Notes under the pieces: model-generated
Database searches by the model: none
What the model saw: the letters and a program-made list of their open reading frames with translations, nothing else
Told to the model about the DNA's origin: nothing
In this document: positions 41,708 through 52,429 of the stretch, in pieces
Numbering within the stretch: position 1 is the stretch's first letter
Layout of the letters: each line of letters opens with the position of its first letter
Made by a program: the position numbers and the translations under genes
Source: Craspedostauros australis
Lineage: Eukaryota
Assembly (NCBI GenBank): GCA_030167865.1
Contig: JALAGF010006637.1
Location: 1-64,000, forward strand
DNA length: 64,000 bases
Direction: 5' to 3'

Positions 41708-44700
41708 CTAGCTGCCAGTATTGCTGCTGCTGCTGGTGTTTGTGGTGGAGGCAGCGGCGCTGCTCGCCCTGCGGAACACGCCACCGAGGAATCTGGCGAC
41801 GCCCCTTTCCTTCACGTCCGTCGTCACTTCCTTGCCGATTTCCTTGCCGACGCCGACCACTTTGGTTCCGAGCCCAAAGCCCTTACCGAGCGCGGTCTTC
41901 AGTCGGCGTGCGGGCCGGGCCAAGGCGAAGCCCACGGTTTGCGACAGCCCGCCGCGCTGGTGCCTCTGGCTGAATGGCGAGATGCCCGCCAGCGCGTGGA
42001 GGCGCAGCACTCCGTTGGAACAGGCCGCGGCGGCCACCACGGGCCGGTTCAACGAAGGCCCAAAGTCGGCATCGAACGCCTGCGGGATGCCGGTGTCCAG
42101 CTCATCCGTCTCGGTCACGTGCCATTCGTCGATGAATTCCAGCGGCGTGATGGCCGACACGCGGTGGATGGTCACGCCTCGTCCCGAGCAGACCATCACG
42201 GCCGTGCCGTCTGGTGTGCAGCACATGCGGTGCGGCACGCCTCTCCACGTCTCGAGAGGCTTGGATCCGAGAGGCACGCCTTCCAACGAGAACAGCTGCA
42301 GCGTGATGATGCTGCGGTTCATGTGCGGTGACGACGGCGATCGGATACGAGTTTCGCAAACGGCCACCAAGAACCCTTGCACGCTGATTGCGACGGCAGG
42401 GGTGTCGGCGAACACGGTGTCAACCACCAGATCGCCGCCCTGATCTGGAAGATCCAAACCGCTGGTTGGTGGTGCGATGCTGCGAATCATGTTGCCGTTA
42501 CCGACCGAGTGCAGGCAGCATCGACGTGACGACACGGTGGTGGCGATGTGGATCGATGCGCTGAGGCAGACGGCTACCACCTTGCTTCCGCCATGCCCGT
42601 GCAACCGCACGCGGGGGCGCAAGGGCAGGTAATGGCTCGACATGAAGCGCCAAATCGAGGCCGTTCCGTCGCGGCTGCCAACGATGGCGAGCTCTCCACC
42701 GACACCACCATGCCCAGCAGCTGTTCCGATTGGGTCCGTGTGGATGCATGAGATTTGCGCCGAATGAACTCCGTGGATCACTGCCTCGCCTCGAACAGAA
42801 CCCTTCGCTGGGTCGACTAGCTGCATTGCCAGACTACCTCTGCCATCCGCGTCGGACAGCACCAGCAGCACTGACCGTCCAGCAAACAGAGTCTTGGAGA
42901 TCGCCACGGCTGGGAACTCGTCCGATCTGGGAACGTGCGTCAACCTGGGAACTGTGCGGAATCGAGGCAGCTCTCGCTGCGCGACGAAGCATCCGCTGTC
43001 CATGGGGAATGTGGAACCTCGAGCGCCTGCGACAGTCTTGTCCTCAGCCGATTTCCACGCCCATCGGAAGCAATGGAAGACGCCACGGGCATCGACAGCG
43101 AGGCAACGGTCCGTCCCAGCCAGGCGCACGCTGATCAGATGAGCATGCGGTCCCGGTGGCGGCGCATCCAGATGCACCCAGTGAGACAGTGGAGCCGAAA
43201 AGAACGGCAAATACAAAGGCTCACCGAAGACCCGATTCAGCAAGTCTGGCTGGTTGACGTCCACGTCACCTTCGCGACCGGCGCCGCTCGTGTACGCGCT
43301 CAGGATTTGGTAGAACGACAACCGACGGTGGTTCTGCAGCGCGATGCGACGCACGTGGGAACGGTGGAATAGCTGCATGGGACACTGTCCGAAGTGCGCA
43401 ATCTGCAGCTCCGTCGCTTGTCGCAGCCCTTCGTCCTCGATGCTGGCAACGTCCACGCTGCCGTAGTACGTGAGGTAGAAGAAGACGTTGTGGGCCTGGA
43501 TTGCCTCCGGACCTTGCTGCTTCCTGCCGAAGATGAGATCGATCCAATCGGGGAGCATCGCTGAGCAGATGTCGCTTTCCAGTGCGTTGCGCATCACTTC
43601 GATGAACGTCTCCGGTCTCCCCTTGGCCCACGGTGGCAGCTCCACATCACCCAGCACGTCACCATCTTGCGACGTGCCGAGCTTGAATTTGTTGGTATTC
43701 TTGAGGAAGGCCGGGTTGCAGTACCATTCGGGAGTGATCTCCTTCACCTCGGCCGCCGAGGATCCGGTGCACATCTCCCACGTTCGTGGAACGGAGGAGA
43801 ATAAACGGTCAGCGACATCGAAATGACCACTCTGCAGTTGACGGTGCAGGCCGGCGAACGGATGCAATCTCACCAGGAAGTGGAGCACAACGCCAGCACT
43901 CGTGGAGTAGTGGCTACCGTACATGAACGGCGGGATCGAGGGATCCGCGAAGGTACGGAAACGTTCAATGAAGCCCTCCAATCGATCCGGATTCAACGCC
44001 CCCATCGGTTTCGTCAGGTCTCTGTAGTTTGATCGATCGCGGAGATCCGGGATCTCCTCCGAGTCGAAATTGCTCAGCACCCACGGCATCACAGGGTACT
44101 GGCAGATGTCATTGTAGCTGCGTCCTGCCAGCATGTTGAGATGGAGGAGGTAGTCGAAGTTGGTGATGCGACCCTCCACCCAGCCTATCGTCAATCGGCT
44201 CAGCTGTTCGTGCATGAACTGCTGCGATCGATCCGGCCACTGCTTGATGGTCTGCGGAGGCGATCGCTTCATGATTGCGAATGCTGCATCATCGCGGCGT
44301 TTAACGCCATCATGGCCAGGACCAAAATCGATGAACAGAGACGTCGCGGGAGAGTACAACCCGTATCCACCGAACGACGTTCCGCCGGATGGAATGAAGA
44401 ACATCTCCAACGATGAATCACGCAGTCGGTACCGTCGCAGGTACACGTGAGAGAGTTCGGAGAGGTTCCAACGGATCGATCTGGGACGTAGCGCTGCGGT
44501 TTCTCTCTGTCTTGCCTCCAACTCATCCTTGATGCGGTTCTTGTCGCTGTTCTTGTTGTTGCCGCCCGCATCCTCGATCATTCGTTGCCGCTCTGCTTCC
44601 TCCATGACAGCCATCAGCTCACCTTCGTACAGACCGTCCGTTTCTGGATCGTACTCCAAGATCAGATGCGTCGCTGTCAGCAGCATTGAGCACTTGCGCG

Positions 44701-47700
44701 TTCCCTCAGCCTTGATGTGCAAGCAGCTTTCCACATGCTGCTCGATCATCCCGGCTGCTGCTGAATGAATCAGACTCAATGTGGAGGCGGAGTTATCCGG
44801 TGGGCTGGCGAATGCGCTCGATGTGATGTTGAAGTGCGACGACCCGAGTTTGGTTGCTATCGTTGTATCGTCCATGGTGTCATCGTGGCTCAGTGCATCG
44901 GTGATCGGCGTACCATCCATGGATCCGTTCGCAGCATCGTGATCATTGCTGTCGCCTCGCTTCAGCTTGCCTTGGGAGCTACTGCGTTCGGACTCGGTTG
45001 TCGTCGGCGCCTCCATGGGCGTTTCCGCGAAGAGGCCATCATCGTCGAGCATATCCTCGGTTGGCATCGAGATATCAGGCCCTTCATCCTCGGCCATCTC
45101 TTTCTTCGTGATGTCCACGATCTCCACATGGCCTGTTTCCAGCAGTGTCTTTGTGAACCTGTCGATCTCATCGACGTCTGAAGTTTGGAGTGGTCGTGAC
45201 ACTTCCTCTTCTTTACCAACGCTCTTGGGATCACCTGCTCCTGCAGCTGCACCCGCATCTCCACCTGAGGCCTCGGTCTCGGTCGCTTCATCAGCCTCGG
45301 CTTCTCCTGCAGATGGAGCCGCCGCTGCCGAGCTGTCCACGCTGTGGTCCAGGTAACCCGGAATGTAGCGTCTAAATTGGGGAGCGCACGGGATGGACAC
45401 AAGACGACTTCGGATATCTCGGTTGCCATCGGCGATGCCTCTTTCCCAGAGCTCGTCCATGTCGGACCCACCACATCTAGTAATCTCGAGATATCTCGCC
45501 CAGCAAAATCGTTCCGCGTACGCCGTGCAGCTGTTGCGGTGACTTGGCAGGAAGTTCATTCTGACTTCTGCCTGCCGCGTCTTCTCCAGCGCAGCAAACT
45601 CAATGAACGTGCTCATGGAATCGGCCGCAGTCTCTGAACCCAGAATTTGAATGAACTGCACCTCACGAGAGTCCTCCCTGGTGCCGTCTTCGGGATTGGA
45701 CACCAGGGTCAGCTTGTCGTCGAAAAGTGGGACAAGTTCTGCGTCCGCTGCTTCGCGGGCGGCCCACTCATCCCATGAATCCATGTAGTCGGACAGATGC
45801 TTCAGAATGGTCCCAACAGCGGTATCTACGGTTTCCGGGGTCTGTGTCTCATCATTGATGTTTCCTCCTCCGTCAATGATGTCCTTTTGGCATTCTTCAA
45901 GAGCAGCACCGAGGCCCTCGTATCGACTCCATTCCATGCGGGCTTGATTCTCCGCGATGGTCCTTGTGCTTCCGCCAACGTATCCATCGTGGAAGAGCAC
46001 GAAGTCGGGATTATCGACGGCAGCCGATGACCCGGCCTGATTGGCACTGCTGTCGTTATCATTCTCGTTGCCAGCGTTGTCGCCCGTTCCGTGCGTACCT
46101 TCTTCATTGGAATCCCCGGAGCGTGAAGTCGGTATCAGGCCGTCTCCCATGATGAGTTTTTCGACTGCCTGAGCGTTGCTAGCGGCTTCCTCCTTTGCGC
46201 CACGGCCGTCGCCGAAGTCAACGACCTCATCCTCGTACGCATCGATCAACGCGGTTTCTCGCCGTCTGCGTTCTGCTTCGTAGCGCACGTTGATCTCGAT
46301 CACGACGTCGTTGAGCAATGATGAAGCTTTCGATTTGGCGTTGAGATCTCCGATGGAATCGAAGTTGTTCATGGCGAGTCGAAGCGATGCCATCATGCGC
46401 AATGCGGTGTCCCGGGCATTGGGGAATGAAAGGCCTGCGATGGCCGCAACCACAGTGTGCTTCATTTCCTCATACACGTAGTCCAACAGAAGCTTCGTTT
46501 CGATGTGGTCGTCAGTGTTGTTGCTATTGCTGTTGGATGCGTTGCCTTTGCCATCTCCAATGACGATCTTTGAAGGGTCGATGATTTGGATCTTCTTCGA
46601 AGATGGGAATGTGCTGAGCGTGTTGACGATCAGTCTTGTGCAAGGCCGCAGCACAGGGAGCATGAGTTTGGACGCTCCGTGGACACCTTCGTGTTGAGCC
46701 TCCTCGGAATGATCGCCGCCGGTCGCACCGCTTGCGGCATTTTCTGGATCATTCATGTCCTGCGGAGCTGGTGGACTTGGCAGGATTAGCTGGCACCACC
46801 CTGTCAGATCCCTTCCGTACGCCAGAACGTTGAGGATCGCGCACAACAGCAAGATTTGATCCTTGGAGAAATCGGATGCTTCGCCTTCCATGCCGCCATC
46901 CTTTTTCATGGGGCGCTGCAACAGCTCCTTCTCCTCAATCATGAGACACAGACGCGACACGGCAGCTCCAGTTTGCACCGACCATGCCTCGAATCGATCA
47001 TGCCGCCGAAGTATCTTGGTGAGAACCAGGGCAACCATTCTGCTGAGCACATCGGAACCGACACTCCCAGCCTTCAACTGGTTGGCGGAGGACTGTGATT
47101 GTGATTGCGACGGCGATGGCGGTTCAGTTGTTGATGCCTCGGTTCCTTCGGTTTCGCTGGGGGTAGCATTATCCGCACCATCTGCGTCTTTCGTATTTGT
47201 GTTCGTGCTTGCATCTTGGTCATCGGCGGCAGAAGCGGTAGCACTATCAGCTGTCCCAGTTTTTGGAGGGACTGCAACGCTGCTGCGTATGTTACTAATG
47301 TCATCGCCGGTACGTGCATTGTAGGCCGTCGAATCACGGACGGTTGACAGCATGCTTCTCCAAATCGCGGTCGATATTTCGCCCCCGCCGATATCCATGG
47401 CGTCAATCAAGAGCTCTGTCATCATGGACATGATGGACGTTTGGCAGGACACCAATGCGGCGATCATGGTTGGCAAATCGATGACTTCGTCCTCATTGTG
47501 CAGTTGCTTCTTGGACGTGTCGCCGTTCATGGATGTTTCCACAGAGATGTCCATCCACGAATTCTCAACGCTGGACGATGTTATGTGCGTTGTTGCAGAT
47601 GCTTTGATCACCTGGATTTCGTCATCGTTGCCTCCTTGTGTTGTCGAATCATCATTCTTCATCGCAGAGCTGGATCGTCGAAGGAGGATGTGACTTTCCA

Positions 47701-50700
47701 GAATCATCGTAACGATCAGCAATTGCGGCACATAATCACGCGCAGCTTTGATGATCGTGGAGCCAAGGGCAGTGTAGGTTCGCTGCGGTCCTTGCGATCG
47801 CGACGACGAAGATTGGCTGAGACCACTGAAGACTTTGTGCAGGGCGCCGCAGACGGAGTCAAGCAGTGCGGAGATTGTGTTCAACGATTTGGCGGATAAC
47901 AGGGTATCCGGCGTCACGTCCGACGGATGCGATAGAATGGAAACCACGAGGCCGGGCAACAGCGGCATGAGAACATGCAGCCTGTCGGCGAGCAGATCGG
48001 AATAGCTCCATTCGTTCTGCTGGCTCGTGGATGCCAGACTCATCGCCAACGAGGGCGGTGGCAAGAACAGGGTGGTTCCCAACGTCGCATCGGCTGAGTC
48101 CAGTGCACCTTTGAGGGAACCGGCGAGTCCGGAAGCAAGCAGCAGACTTCCAAGAGACTTCGACGCGACCAGTCCATCGGGACCTGCCACCGATGCCACC
48201 CAGGAGAACGTCAGCAGGCATAGCTTCCAATGATCCTGCCACGACAGCTTGCCCACGGACGGTGACGTGCCGTGGGTGTCGTACTTCGTGGAACGTTCAC
48301 TGGAGAAGACGGTTCGTGACAGCAGCATGGGTGCCACAACGTCGTGGAACTGACTGATCAGCAGGTTGCGCGCCAACCGGTTCGCGACCTGCATCTTGTG
48401 CTCATCGTCCAGTCCGGATTGCACAGTCTCGCTGTGGAAGACTTCGGCCCAATGCAGCACGCCCATCATGGCGTTGAAGATGACGTGGCTGCCGACGCTG
48501 CCGAACGAACAGTCGGACAGCGCGCCCATGCATGCCGCGATGTCGTGCTCGCCCTGCGAGATGAATCGGTTGTTGGACAACGATGACAGGAGCATGGCAA
48601 GAAGGATCTTCGAGCACGCGTTGGCCGCTGTTTCCAATCCGGGGCTTCTCGCCCTGTCGCGATCCAGCTGGCACTTGACAATATCCAAAAAGTACTGCAC
48701 CGATATCTGGCTTCGCATGATGTATCCTGCCGTCACGCAGGCGCCACCGTAGCGTGCTGCGATTGTCTCCAGGATGCTCGTGCAGGCTTTGAGATCCCGT
48801 CCCCAGATCTCCAAATCCAAGGCGATCGCGAACAACGATGTGAGGGCGAGGTCGGACGTTCGTTGAATCTGCATGGACGGTGGCAGGTCTTCCAACAGCG
48901 GACACGGTGTTCCGCAGCAGGCATCAAGGAGGTTGCAGCAGGCGTCCACGATGGCCTGCGGGATCTTGGAGGGCGTCGTGGGCAGCCCCGCCATACGGAC
49001 ATCGACGATCGGTTTGTTCTTGCGCGAGGCGAGGAAGTCATCCAGCGTTTTGGAGGTGTACATGGAGAGGGCTTGGGCTCTGACGAGCGATTGTCGCAGC
49101 GTCGAGGCCAGGACGTGGAATGTTCCATTTTGCAGCAGCTGTTCATGCCATCTGCCGCCGCCGCTTCGAATGGAGGCGGTGAGGAGATCGATGATCGCGG
49201 CTGCGCATTTGCCGCCGTCCGAGTACAAGGCAAAGAGCTGACGCAGACTGTCCTGATAGAGGCTTTCCTGCAGCTCCCAGATCTTGCCTGCCGGTGGCAA
49301 CGCCAGGAAGAAGGGGAGGAGGAGGTGGGAGTCGAGCGACTGAGCCTCCATGAGGAGCGAGAAGTGCTTGGTGCAGCTGTACATCTGGGTGTCGACGTTG
49401 GCCACGTTGGGGCTGTGCAGCAGGTAGTCGCTGAGGTTGTGGTGGATGGAGCATGCGCCGCTGATGGCCAACGAGACGGGGAAATCGTTGTCTGTCGAGT
49501 CTGATTGGTATTGGAAGTGCGGATTCGGCGGCGTGGGTTGAATGAGGCCGACCCTTGGCACGCTGTGCGTCGTTCCGAGCTGCGGCGGCATGCGGCAGAT
49601 GATGCGTTGCTTGTGGCCGTAACCCGACGGATGGTTGGCGCCGAGCAACCTCGCTTCGATGGCGGATCCCCACAGCACGCAGGATCCTGCCAGCTGCTGC
49701 ACCTGCAAGGCTTGGCCATGCACGACGATGGGGATCCCCACGTTGGGTCCTTCGAGGCTGGATCCCTTGGACCAATTGGCGACGGGCGGGACGGTGGGAA
49801 GCGCACCGTTGTGCTGCAGCGACATGGCCGGTCCCGCCTGTGCCAACAGCGCCTGGACAGTGCTGGAGAGCGCGTCGTTGCTGAGACAGTAGGATGCCAG
49901 GTGAAGCGAGAGCTTGAGCCGGGTGAGGATCTGCTCCTGCAACTCCGACGCCGTCTTCTTGTGGTCGGGCGTATCGTCTTCGGCCATGACGACCGCACCA
50001 CCTTTGACGATGTTCTCGAAGAGGCTGTTGAACTGCATCACGGGCGTCCTGTCGACGATGGGGTACTGCAGCTCGCCAGTCGCCGTGACCCTTCCGTCGA
50101 CGCACAAAGTCCAGTGAGGACGCTTGAGGTAGGGGAAGACGTGCGTGATCCCGACCATCGCCCATTCATCCTCGATGAGTTCCAAGGGTGCGCAGACATA
50201 CGGAGTGGCCTTCTCGTTGAGCGAGGTGGATAGGTCCGTGTGGGTGGGAATGTGCGGGAGGGAGTAGGCTGTGAGCATGGTCTGCACCATGCGTTTGCCG
50301 TCCCTGGCATTGCCATCCTTGGGCTGCTTGCTCGTCACCCTCCAATCGCCGACGGCCACGGTGACGCCGATTCCGGATGCGTTGTCGTGCGATGTGGAGA
50401 AGCGATACAGCGTCCGCTTGGGCGACTTGGCATTGTCCTCCGCGATGGTCGTCAGCTTCTCCTCTCCCAGCACCGGGCGGATCCAGAGGAGCACGGTGTA
50501 GGCCTTGCGAAAATGCGCGTTCCATTCCAAACTGGGCAGCTCGGTCTTGCAATCGCCGTCCGAGAAGCTGAGGAAGCCATCCACGTCGCCGACGTGGCGG
50601 TGCAGCGACTTGGCCACCTCCAGCTTCTTGGCTGCCGGCTGCGTGCTGGAGAGGACGGAGATGTGCTCGAAGAGGTGACGAGACATGGAGACCTCCCCTT

Positions 50701-50749
50701 CATCTTCGGCGAACCCGCTGCCTCTGTTGTTTGCATTCTTTGCTGACAT
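41708..50749 (-). CDS. BEACH-domain protein (neurobeachin/LRBA/Lvs-like; ConA-like N-terminus, PH-BEACH-WD40), ~3013 aa
   Basis: PH-BEACH motifs: VYLRRYRLRDSSLEMF, WVEGRITNFDYLLHLNMLAGRSYNDICQYPVMPWVL, YRDLTKPMGALN, YGSHYST, FDVADRLFSS, EVKEITPEWY, DVELPPWA, WIDLIFGRKQQG, FGQCPMQLF. WD-like GSRDGTASIW follows. Apparently intronless; the first ATG is at 50749. Confidence 0.95.
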   Translation of the reverse strand: MSAKNANNRGSGFAEDEGEVSMSRHLFEHISVLSSTQPAAKKLEVAKSLHRHVGDVDGFLSFSDGDCKTELPSLEWNAHFRKAYTVLLWIRPVLGEEKLTTIAEDNAKSPKRTLYRFSTSHDNASGIGVTVAVGDWRVTSKQPKDGNARDGKRMVQTMLTAYSLPHIPTHTDLSTSLNEKATPYVCAPLELIEDEWAMVGITHVFPYLKRPHWTLCVDGRVTATGELQYPIVDRTPVMQFNSLFENIVKGGAVVMAEDDTPDHKKTASELQEQILTRLKLSLHLASYCLSNDALSSTVQALLAQAGPAMSLQHNGALPTVPPVANWSKGSSLEGPNVGIPIVVHGQALQVQQLAGSCVLWGSAIEARLLGANHPSGYGHKQRIICRMPPQLGTTHSVPRVGLIQPTPPNPHFQYQSDSTDNDFPVSLAISGACSIHHNLSDYLLHSPNVANVDTQMYSCTKHFSLLMEAQSLDSHLLLPFFLALPPAGKIWELQESLYQDSLRQLFALYSDGGKCAAAIIDLLTASIRSGGGRWHEQLLQNGTFHVLASTLRQSLVRAQALSMYTSKTLDDFLASRKNKPIVDVRMAGLPTTPSKIPQAIVDACCNLLDACCGTPCPLLEDLPPSMQIQRTSDLALTSLFAIALDLEIWGRDLKACTSILETIAARYGGACVTAGYIMRSQISVQYFLDIVKCQLDRDRARSPGLETAANACSKILLAMLLSSLSNNRFISQGEHDIAACMGALSDCSFGSVGSHVIFNAMMGVLHWAEVFHSETVQSGLDDEHKMQVANRLARNLLISQFHDVVAPMLLSRTVFSSERSTKYDTHGTSPSVGKLSWQDHWKLCLLTFSWVASVAGPDGLVASKSLGSLLLASGLAGSLKGALDSADATLGTTLFLPPPSLAMSLASTSQQNEWSYSDLLADRLHVLMPLLPGLVVSILSHPSDVTPDTLLSAKSLNTISALLDSVCGALHKVFSGLSQSSSSRSQGPQRTYTALGSTIIKAARDYVPQLLIVTMILESHILLRRSSSAMKNDDSTTQGGNDDEIQVIKASATTHITSSSVENSWMDISVETSMNGDTSKKQLHNEDEVIDLPTMIAALVSCQTSIMSMMTELLIDAMDIGGGEISTAIWRSMLSTVRDSTAYNARTGDDISNIRSSVAVPPKTGTADSATASAADDQDASTNTNTKDADGADNATPSETEGTEASTTEPPSPSQSQSQSSANQLKAGSVGSDVLSRMVALVLTKILRRHDRFEAWSVQTGAAVSRLCLMIEEKELLQRPMKKDGGMEGEASDFSKDQILLLCAILNVLAYGRDLTGWCQLILPSPPAPQDMNDPENAASGATGGDHSEEAQHEGVHGASKLMLPVLRPCTRLIVNTLSTFPSSKKIQIIDPSKIVIGDGKGNASNSNSNNTDDHIETKLLLDYVYEEMKHTVVAAIAGLSFPNARDTALRMMASLRLAMNNFDSIGDLNAKSKASSLLNDVVIEINVRYEAERRRRETALIDAYEDEVVDFGDGRGAKEEAASNAQAVEKLIMGDGLIPTSRSGDSNEEGTHGTGDNAGNENDNDSSANQAGSSAAVDNPDFVLFHDGYVGGSTRTIAENQARMEWSRYEGLGAALEECQKDIIDGGGNINDETQTPETVDTAVGTILKHLSDYMDSWDEWAAREAADAELVPLFDDKLTLVSNPEDGTREDSREVQFIQILGSETAADSMSTFIEFAALEKTRQAEVRMNFLPSHRNSCTAYAERFCWARYLEITRCGGSDMDELWERGIADGNRDIRSRLVSIPCAPQFRRYIPGYLDHSVDSSAAAAPSAGEAEADEATETEASGGDAGAAAGAGDPKSVGKEEEVSRPLQTSDVDEIDRFTKTLLETGHVEIVDITKKEMAEDEGPDISMPTEDMLDDDGLFAETPMEAPTTTESERSSSQGKLKRGDSNDHDAANGSMDGTPITDALSHDDTMDDTTIATKLGSSHFNITSSAFASPPDNSASTLSLIHSAAAGMIEQHVESCLHIKAEGTRKCSMLLTATHLILEYDPETDGLYEGELMAVMEEAERQRMIEDAGGNNKNSDKNRIKDELEARQRETAALRPRSIRWNLSELSHVYLRRYRLRDSSLEMFFIPSGGTSFGGYGLYSPATSLFIDFGPGHDGVKRRDDAAFAIMKRSPPQTIKQWPDRSQQFMHEQLSRLTIGWVEGRITNFDYLLHLNMLAGRSYNDICQYPVMPWVLSNFDSEEIPDLRDRSNYRDLTKPMGALNPDRLEGFIERFRTFADPSIPPFMYGSHYSTSAGVVLHFLVRLHPFAGLHRQLQSGHFDVADRLFSSVPRTWEMCTGSSAAEVKEITPEWYCNPAFLKNTNKFKLGTSQDGDVLGDVELPPWAKGRPETFIEVMRNALESDICSAMLPDWIDLIFGRKQQGPEAIQAHNVFFYLTYYGSVDVASIEDEGLRQATELQIAHFGQCPMQLFHRSHVRRIALQNHRRLSFYQILSAYTSGAGREGDVDVNQPDLLNRVFGEPLYLPFFSAPLSHWVHLDAPPPGPHAHLISVRLAGTDRCLAVDARGVFHCFRWAWKSAEDKTVAGARGSTFPMDSGCFVAQRELPRFRTVPRLTHVPRSDEFPAVAISKTLFAGRSVLLVLSDADGRGSLAMQLVDPAKGSVRGEAVIHGVHSAQISCIHTDPIGTAAGHGGVGGELAIVGSRDGTASIWRFMSSHYLPLRPRVRLHGHGGSKVVAVCLSASIHIATTVSSRRCCLHSVGNGNMIRSIAPPTSGLDLPDQGGDLVVDTVFADTPAVAISVQGFLVAVCETRIRSPSSPHMNRSIITLQLFSLEGVPLGSKPLETWRGVPHRMCCTPDGTAVMVCSGRGVTIHRVSAITPLEFIDEWHVTETDELDTGIPQAFDADFGPSLNRPVVAAAACSNGVLRLHALAGISPFSQRHQRGGLSQTVGFALARPARRLKTALGKGFGLGTKVVGVGKEIGKEVTTDVKERGVARFLGGVFRRASSAAASTTNTSSSSNTGS

Positions 50750-52429
50750 GGTTGCCCACAATACTAGAGTGCGTTGTCTTGTGTAATGTTAAATTATATG
50801 AAGTTGGGATGGTGGAGCGTTTGCATGCGTGATTCCTCGTATGGCTGACGCTGCCGTCACGCGATGTTGACACCAACTATTGACGAACGTATCAGCTCTC
50901 CGCGCAGAGCAGGGGAAAGTATGGACAATACGTATTGTATTGTACAATATAATGTTTGAGCAGAGCCAAGAGCCGTATCCAATGGAATGGCGAGTGCTGC
51001 AGCGAAGAAGGGATCTTGTCGCTGAATCCGTCGCTGCGCAAGCCGTGTTGTTGGACCAAAGTACGGTGCAGGACGATCTTGTCCAGCGAGTTCCCACCAA
51101 GAGTCGTCGCTCTGCCTCAAACTCGAGTTTCGCAGTAGCAGAATGCGGATGATCGCGTTCCAACACGCTCCGTGGAATCCCTCCGTCCTTTCGGTGCCTT
51201 AAGTGCTGCCTCCAGAGTGTGGCAATGCAAGTTAGAGGAGAGCAACAGTGGAAATGGTTGCAATGGTTGCAATTATGGCTGGATACAGGAGAGCAGACAA
51301 TGATGATCACCTCGCGTTGGAACCTTTCGTCGTGTCACGACTTCGAGCACAGTGCAAACCCACACAGACATGCGAACGCACAAACAACCGTGAGCACGCG
51401 CCCAACACCATCACGCGTGATCGCCACCACCAACTTCGGCAACAAGGGCTCGAAAACAACACAGATCTTGTTCAGCGAATTCTCCCAGAAGAAAAATCTA
51501 GCGCCAAAACCCAACATTCGTGACCAGGACTCAATTTGAAGATGTACTCGATCGAGTCCATGGTGGTGGATTCGTTGGATCAACTTGTTCGAGCAAAGTA
51601 CTTCTTCAGTCCTCTCGTTCGCCAAAGATGGCGATTTCTTTGTTTCCGCGTTTCTTCCCCAACGCAGCGTAACATGAGGACGAAACCGTTTGCGCACTTT
51701 TTGCGTGTCAAAGATGTGAGTCCATAACTCATCGGCTTCCGTACGACTCGAGTGCACGACCCAAACACTGTCGCAAGGACGCTGGCCTGGTCACACAATC
51801 GTCGCCCCGATACCATTTTTTGCGAACGGCGACACGGCTTGGACTGTCGTGCGCTGTGGTGACATGTAAAATGGGCGGCAATGTTATCCGGAAGGTCATT
51901 CCTCTGACTGAAAAGGTCCCGCTTTGTGTGTGTGTGTGTGCGTGTGAGTGCGTGTGAGTGCGTGTGGGTGTGCGTGTGAGTGCGCGATAGCGTGACACAC
52001 AGAGAGAGAGAGAGAGGAAGACAGCATTCGAATCGCACCAAAAGGGCAAGTCGGGTTTGTGATTTGGAATGGATGAGGAAGGGTGCGAGAGCAGAAGAAG
52101 GGCCGGTGAACAAAGAGATACGCGACAAGTGAGCACCCCGCAAGAACAAAAGTGGGAATGGTGATGTGCTGTTTGTTCTGTGTCCAACTGGTTGTGATCT
52201 GCGCTTCACGCACGATGCTTCTCACAACATCCACACAACACTCGCACATCACGCATGTGCGCTGTCCATTCCAATTCGAGCAGAGCACAACGAGCGTGCC
52301 ATAATTCACAGAAAGCAGGTGCACCAAACACCACAGCATTACTTCAGCACCAACCAACATTGAATAGAGTAGACCACTGCTGCCACACATACACAGACAC
52401 AGACATAGACACAGACACAGACACCAACC

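Noticed and set aside
25402..50749. Formin, Gos1 and BEACH genes as a functional trafficking cluster
   Set aside because: Neighbourhood of broadly related housekeeping genes in a compact eukaryotic genome is expected by chance, and no shared regulatory signal was seen.
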